DNA of 64,000 nucleotides from a bacterium (GTDB lineage Bacteria; Babelota; Babeliae; Babelales; RVW-14): NCBI GenBank assembly GCA_016699045.1, contig CP064957.1, positions 729,784 to 793,783 of the forward strand, read 5' to 3'. Shown piece by piece: positions 60,877 to 64,000 of this stretch (position 1 is its first letter; each line of letters starts with the position of its first letter). The notes under the pieces were generated by a model. It saw only the letters and a program-made list of their open reading frames with translations, ran no database searches and was not told where the DNA came from. The position numbers and the translations under genes were made by a program.

Positions 60877-62237
60877 TTCGCACAGCGCACTATAAAGCCA
60901 GGACGTATTTTTGGTTCAAACCAGGTTGCTTTGGCTGGCATCAGCTGGCCAGCATCTACAACGCTCATGAGTTGTTGCAATGAAACGGGATAGAGCGCAA
61001 AGGCAACATGCCAGCCGCCTTGACGATATGCTTCCTCCAGTTCATTGGTATTTTTGAGGCCGCCAATAAATTCGATATCTTGATCGATAATTAATTTTCT
61101 TACTTGGAAAAACGGCTGCAAAAGTAGTTCGTTCAAAATAGTAATATCGAGTGATTCGACCGGATTATTTTGGCGCATGGTTATAAATTTTTTATGCAAA
61201 CTTAATGTGTACCATGAACCATCAAGCAGCATGCCAAAGTCATGAGCTTTGAGCGGCTCTGCTTGAGCGGCATCTGCTACCCGTTTAAGGTAAAATGATT
61301 TTTTTATAATATTTAAAAAAGCATAACCACTCAGGCCTGCCAAACTTTTTAAAAGGCGATTGTATGCTAAAATGGTAATTGATGTATCAGAAAAAAGTGC
61401 CGCCAAAATATGATGATAAAAGACATTATGAGGTTCTTTTTTAAAGAGTTGTTTTGCAGAAGCGCTGCGATGGTGGCCATCGGCTATATAAAGTTTTGAG
61501 ATAGAGTTAAACGCTTCTTCAAGTTTTATAATTGTTTCTTGTTTATCAATAACCCATAGATAATGTGTAATATTGTCTTCAGTTACGCACTGTTGAGTTG
61601 GTTTTTGTTGGGCCGTGCGTTCAATAATTGCATTAATTGTAGGATTGCTTTTGTAGGCAAGAACAATCGGATCAATTTGAGCTTGTTGAATTTTAGTAAA
61701 TGTCGTAACAGCTCTTTTTTTTGTAGAAATTATTTTTTCGTGTGGCTTTACAAGATCATGCTGGTAATTATCCAGCGCTAACTCGCCAATGATGCCAAAC
61801 ATGGTTGATCCGTCTTTTTGTTGACCATAAAGATAGTACGCAGGCTTAGTATCTTTTTTAAGTGTTTCTTTTTTTATTAACGCTTCTAAATAAGCTTTTC
61901 CTGCATGTGCTGCCATATTGTCATACAAATCGGATTCGGTTGAAAGGTTAATCGTAGGTCGAATAACATGAATAAAATTGTCTTTGTGTGAGCAAGCAAA
62001 TTGGTAGGCATGAATACTGTTGATTGAGTTGTAGGGTGGGCAGGTAAAGCTTGGTACCAGTTTATTGGTGGGGCGATAGGCTTGAAAAGGACGAAAGTTG
62101 ATGGTCGCTTGACTGGCAATGAGAAAGTTTTGTTTTGATAATGTTAAGGATAATATCGGTAAAAATAGTATAAAACCTATCTTTTTTTTACGAATCATTA
62201 GTGACCCCTCCTTTTTGATTTCTTTTTTTCTATTCAA
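60873..62237 (-). CDS. DUF1015-family protein with N-terminal signal/anchor
   Basis: LYIADGHHRSASA motif typical of DUF1015. 454 aa. 4-nt convergent overlap with the MutS-like gene. Confidence 0.55.
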   Translation of the reverse strand: MNRKKEIKKEGSLMIRKKKIGFILFLPILSLTLSKQNFLIASQATINFRPFQAYRPTNKLVPSFTCPPYNSINSIHAYQFACSHKDNFIHVIRPTINLSTESDLYDNMAAHAGKAYLEALIKKETLKKDTKPAYYLYGQQKDGSTMFGIIGELALDNYQHDLVKPHEKIISTKKRAVTTFTKIQQAQIDPIVLAYKSNPTINAIIERTAQQKPTQQCVTEDNITHYLWVIDKQETIIKLEEAFNSISKLYIADGHHRSASAKQLFKKEPHNVFYHHILAALFSDTSITILAYNRLLKSLAGLSGYAFLNIIKKSFYLKRVADAAQAEPLKAHDFGMLLDGSWYTLSLHKKFITMRQNNPVESLDITILNELLLQPFFQVRKLIIDQDIEFIGGLKNTNELEEAYRQGGWHVAFALYPVSLQQLMSVVDAGQLMPAKATWFEPKIRPGFIVRCAN

Positions 62238-62298
62238 AAAGACAATCTTAAGTATAGCCTGAGAAGGGATATTTTTTCTAGAACCCGTACAATTTTAG

Positions 62299-62337
62299 CA
62301 ATTAAAGAGAAGAATTTGTCGTTCCTCTCTTTAATTG
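62299..62337 (-). terminator. Hairpin downstream of the WD40 gene (weak terminator candidate)
   Basis: 12-bp perfect stem CAATTAAAGAGA / TCTCTTTAATTG with a 15-nt loop. No clear T-run on the minus strand. Confidence 0.3.
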
Positions 62338-62350
62338 TACAAAATCGTTT

Positions 62351-64000
62351 TTATTCCCTTTTTTGTTTTTTTTGCCATGCTGTGTATTCTTCTGAGGTCA
62401 TTTCTTCTTTGCCCTCTGCATCGCTATTGCTTCGCTTACGTTTTTTTGAATTATCTATTTTTGTAACATTAGGAAACATTGCTCTGTAGGCAGGTGCAAG
62501 TTGTTCATAAATTTTATACCATCCTTTATCAAGATAAATTATTTCGTGCTTTCCTGTGTGTTGGTGACCCAATTTGTGTATAAGTATAAACTGTGTAAAT
62601 GATGGGAATGTGTATATAGCAACTTTTGTTTTGTCTACAGATTCCGTGGCGATGGTATTGTTATCAATCATAATGGTTGAGTAAGTTGAGCCTAAACGAG
62701 TTGCGCTCTCTGTGAGATCGGCAAGCCATTCCCAGTCATGTGCAGAAAGGCTGCGACGAGTCCATATTTTTATATAACCATTACCATCACTCGTGATAAT
62801 GGTGGTGAGATCGAGGATGGTTATATAAGAAATCCAGTAGGTATGGCGATGCTCGCCTGCAAGGTTTGCAACCAAATGCCAGTTTTGCATGTCTGGCGTA
62901 CATGTCCACACGGATGCTATGCCGCTGCTCGATCCGGTAATGACAGTATGGCGATCAAATTTTATTATGAAGGAAATCCAGTCTTGGCTGTTGTGCTCAT
63001 TTGCAAGGTCGGCAACCCATGCCCAGGTATTAATGTCTGGTGTGCGCGTCCATATTTTTGCTGTATGGTCTAATGATCCAGTAACAATAGTGTTGGGATC
63101 AAGGGCGATTGTTTGATAAATGGAGTCTGTATGTCCATGGTCGCCTGCAAGATCAGTTGACCAATCCCAAGAATTTGTGTCAGGATTTTGTGTCCACACT
63201 TTGGCGGCATGGTCCCATGATGTGGTAACAATGGTATGGTCATCGAGTTTTGTTAAGCTGGTGATAGGGCTTTCGTGGCCGTGCTCGCCAGCAAGATCGG
63301 CAACCCACGTCCAATTATTGGTACCAGGAGACCGGGTCCATGTTTTGACGGTCTGATCGTGCGAGCCGGTGACAATAGTATCGTCATTAAAGATGATTAC
63401 TGATAAGATAGTTCCGGTATGTTGGTGTTCTCCAGCAAGATCTGCAACCCACTGCCAATCGTTGGTGCCAGGAGTTTGAGTCCATACCTTGGCGGTACCA
63501 TCGTGTGATCCAGTAATAATAGTATTACGATCAATTTTGGTGATCTTAGAAACCCAATGAGTGTGTTGATGTTGTCCAGCAAGGTCAGCAACCCAGTACC
63601 ACGAGTTGGTATCAGGGTTACGTTTCCATACTTTGGTCGTATTGTCTCGAGATCCGGTTACAATTGTATTGTCATCAAGTGGCGTGATAGTCAAGATGTC
63701 TGCTTTGTGGCAATGGTCGTCAGTAATTATTTGGTGTAGCAACTGAGTATTGATATTGAATTTTTTGCAAAGATAAAAAATTGATATGTTTTGATTGTCA
63801 GCCAATATTTTGCAAAGGTTTATAGCCTCAAAGTTTAATGGTTCATTGAGTTTGATAGTTGCTATCAATTCTTGTATTCCTGGCAAAAAAGCAAGTTCTT
63901 GTAAAAAAGGAATATCTCTTGCTGTTGAATATGATCTTGACGATGAGCTGCTGCCGGCAGGACTTACTGCGGGTATGCTGATCGCAAGTGTGAGTGTTAA
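62351..64000 (-). CDS. WD40-repeat (8-blade) protein with F-box-like N-terminal segment; 5' end beyond window
   Basis: Eight ~48-aa units G(E/D)HxHTxxIxSxxxxDxxTIVTGSxDxTAKVWTxxPxTNxWxWVADLA. The minus-strand frame stays open from 63886 to the window edge (…ARDIPFLQELAFLPGIQELIATIKL…), so the ORF-track TTG start is probably not the real start. Confidence 0.8.
   Translation of the reverse strand, partial: LTLTLAISIPAVSPAGSSSSSRSYSTARDIPFLQELAFLPGIQELIATIKLNEPLNFEAINLCKILADNQNISIFYLCKKFNINTQLLHQIITDDHCHKADILTITPLDDNTIVTGSRDNTTKVWKRNPDTNSWYWVADLAGQHQHTHWVSKITKIDRNTIITGSHDGTAKVWTQTPGTNDWQWVADLAGEHQHTGTILSVIIFNDDTIVTGSHDQTVKTWTRSPGTNNWTWVADLAGEHGHESPITSLTKLDDHTIVTTSWDHAAKVWTQNPDTNSWDWSTDLAGDHGHTDSIYQTIALDPNTIVTGSLDHTAKIWTRTPDINTWAWVADLANEHNSQDWISFIIKFDRHTVITGSSSGIASVWTCTPDMQNWHLVANLAGEHRHTYWISYITILDLTTIITSDGNGYIKIWTRRSLSAHDWEWLADLTESATRLGSTYSTIMIDNNTIATESVDKTKVAIYTFPSFTQFILIHKLGHQHTGKHEIIYLDKGWYKIYEQLAPAYRAMFPNVTKIDNSKKRKRSNSDAEGKEEMTSEEYTAWQKKQKRE
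62606..63720 (-). repeat. 8 tandem ~144-bp coding repeats (WD40 blades)
   Basis: Periodicity is seen in the translation. Shadow ORFs on the opposite strand (62738-63356) also repeat. Confidence 0.8.

Noticed and set aside
62738-63356. Plus-strand ORFs (111, 75 and 78 aa) in the WD40 region
   Set aside because: They are shadow frames of the tandem WD40 coding repeats on the minus strand. They repeat with the same period and lack starts with an SD.

Overview
Gene-dense, AT-rich (judged by eye, not computed) chromosomal segment from a diderm bacterium: about 55 protein genes, one tRNA, and no rRNA, CRISPR array, transposase or integrase that I can see. The first ~13 kb is the classical rplK-rplA-rplJ-rplL-rpoB-rpoC cluster, then tRNA-Val, rpsO-pnp and rph. 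Housekeeping and envelope genes follow: LptE-like/holA-like, a Fis-like HTH protein, mreB, tpiA-secG, mlaEF, dapF, cysK-like, gltX, eno, nusA-infB, lpxK, a WecA-like transferase and nfo. Accessory or unusual content: (1) a ~9 kb T2SS/T4P-like operon (23.9-33.1 kb) with a GspC-like gene, TWO diverged GspD-type secretins, and GspL/PilMN-like and GspM/PilO-like genes, but no ATPase, platform or pseudopilin genes; (2) a 735-bp intergenic region (51.46-52.19 kb) with two oppositely oriented 11-bp-phased arrays of TTATCAACA boxes, a perfect TTATCCACA DnaA box and AT-rich tracts, i.e. an oriC-like element; (3) infB interrupted by one in-frame TAA at the conserved Gln of the G domain; (4) a Cys-rich, zinc-ribbon-like insertion in the N-terminal part of RpoB; (5) eukaryote-like or secreted repeat proteins: an 8-blade WD40 protein with an F-box-like N-terminus running off the window, and a 14-residue-repeat fibre plus beta-helix protein; (6) two clostripain-like (C11) peptidase paralogs flanking a divergent WaaA-like gene; (7) a degenerate NtrC-type regulator, an orphan MoxR ATPase, and a MutS-domain-V ATPase with a His/Cys-rich loop. 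This mix would fit a host-associated (e.g. protist-associated) bacterium, but I cannot assign taxonomy without a database search. All homology calls come from motif recognition in the supplied translations, not from searches.
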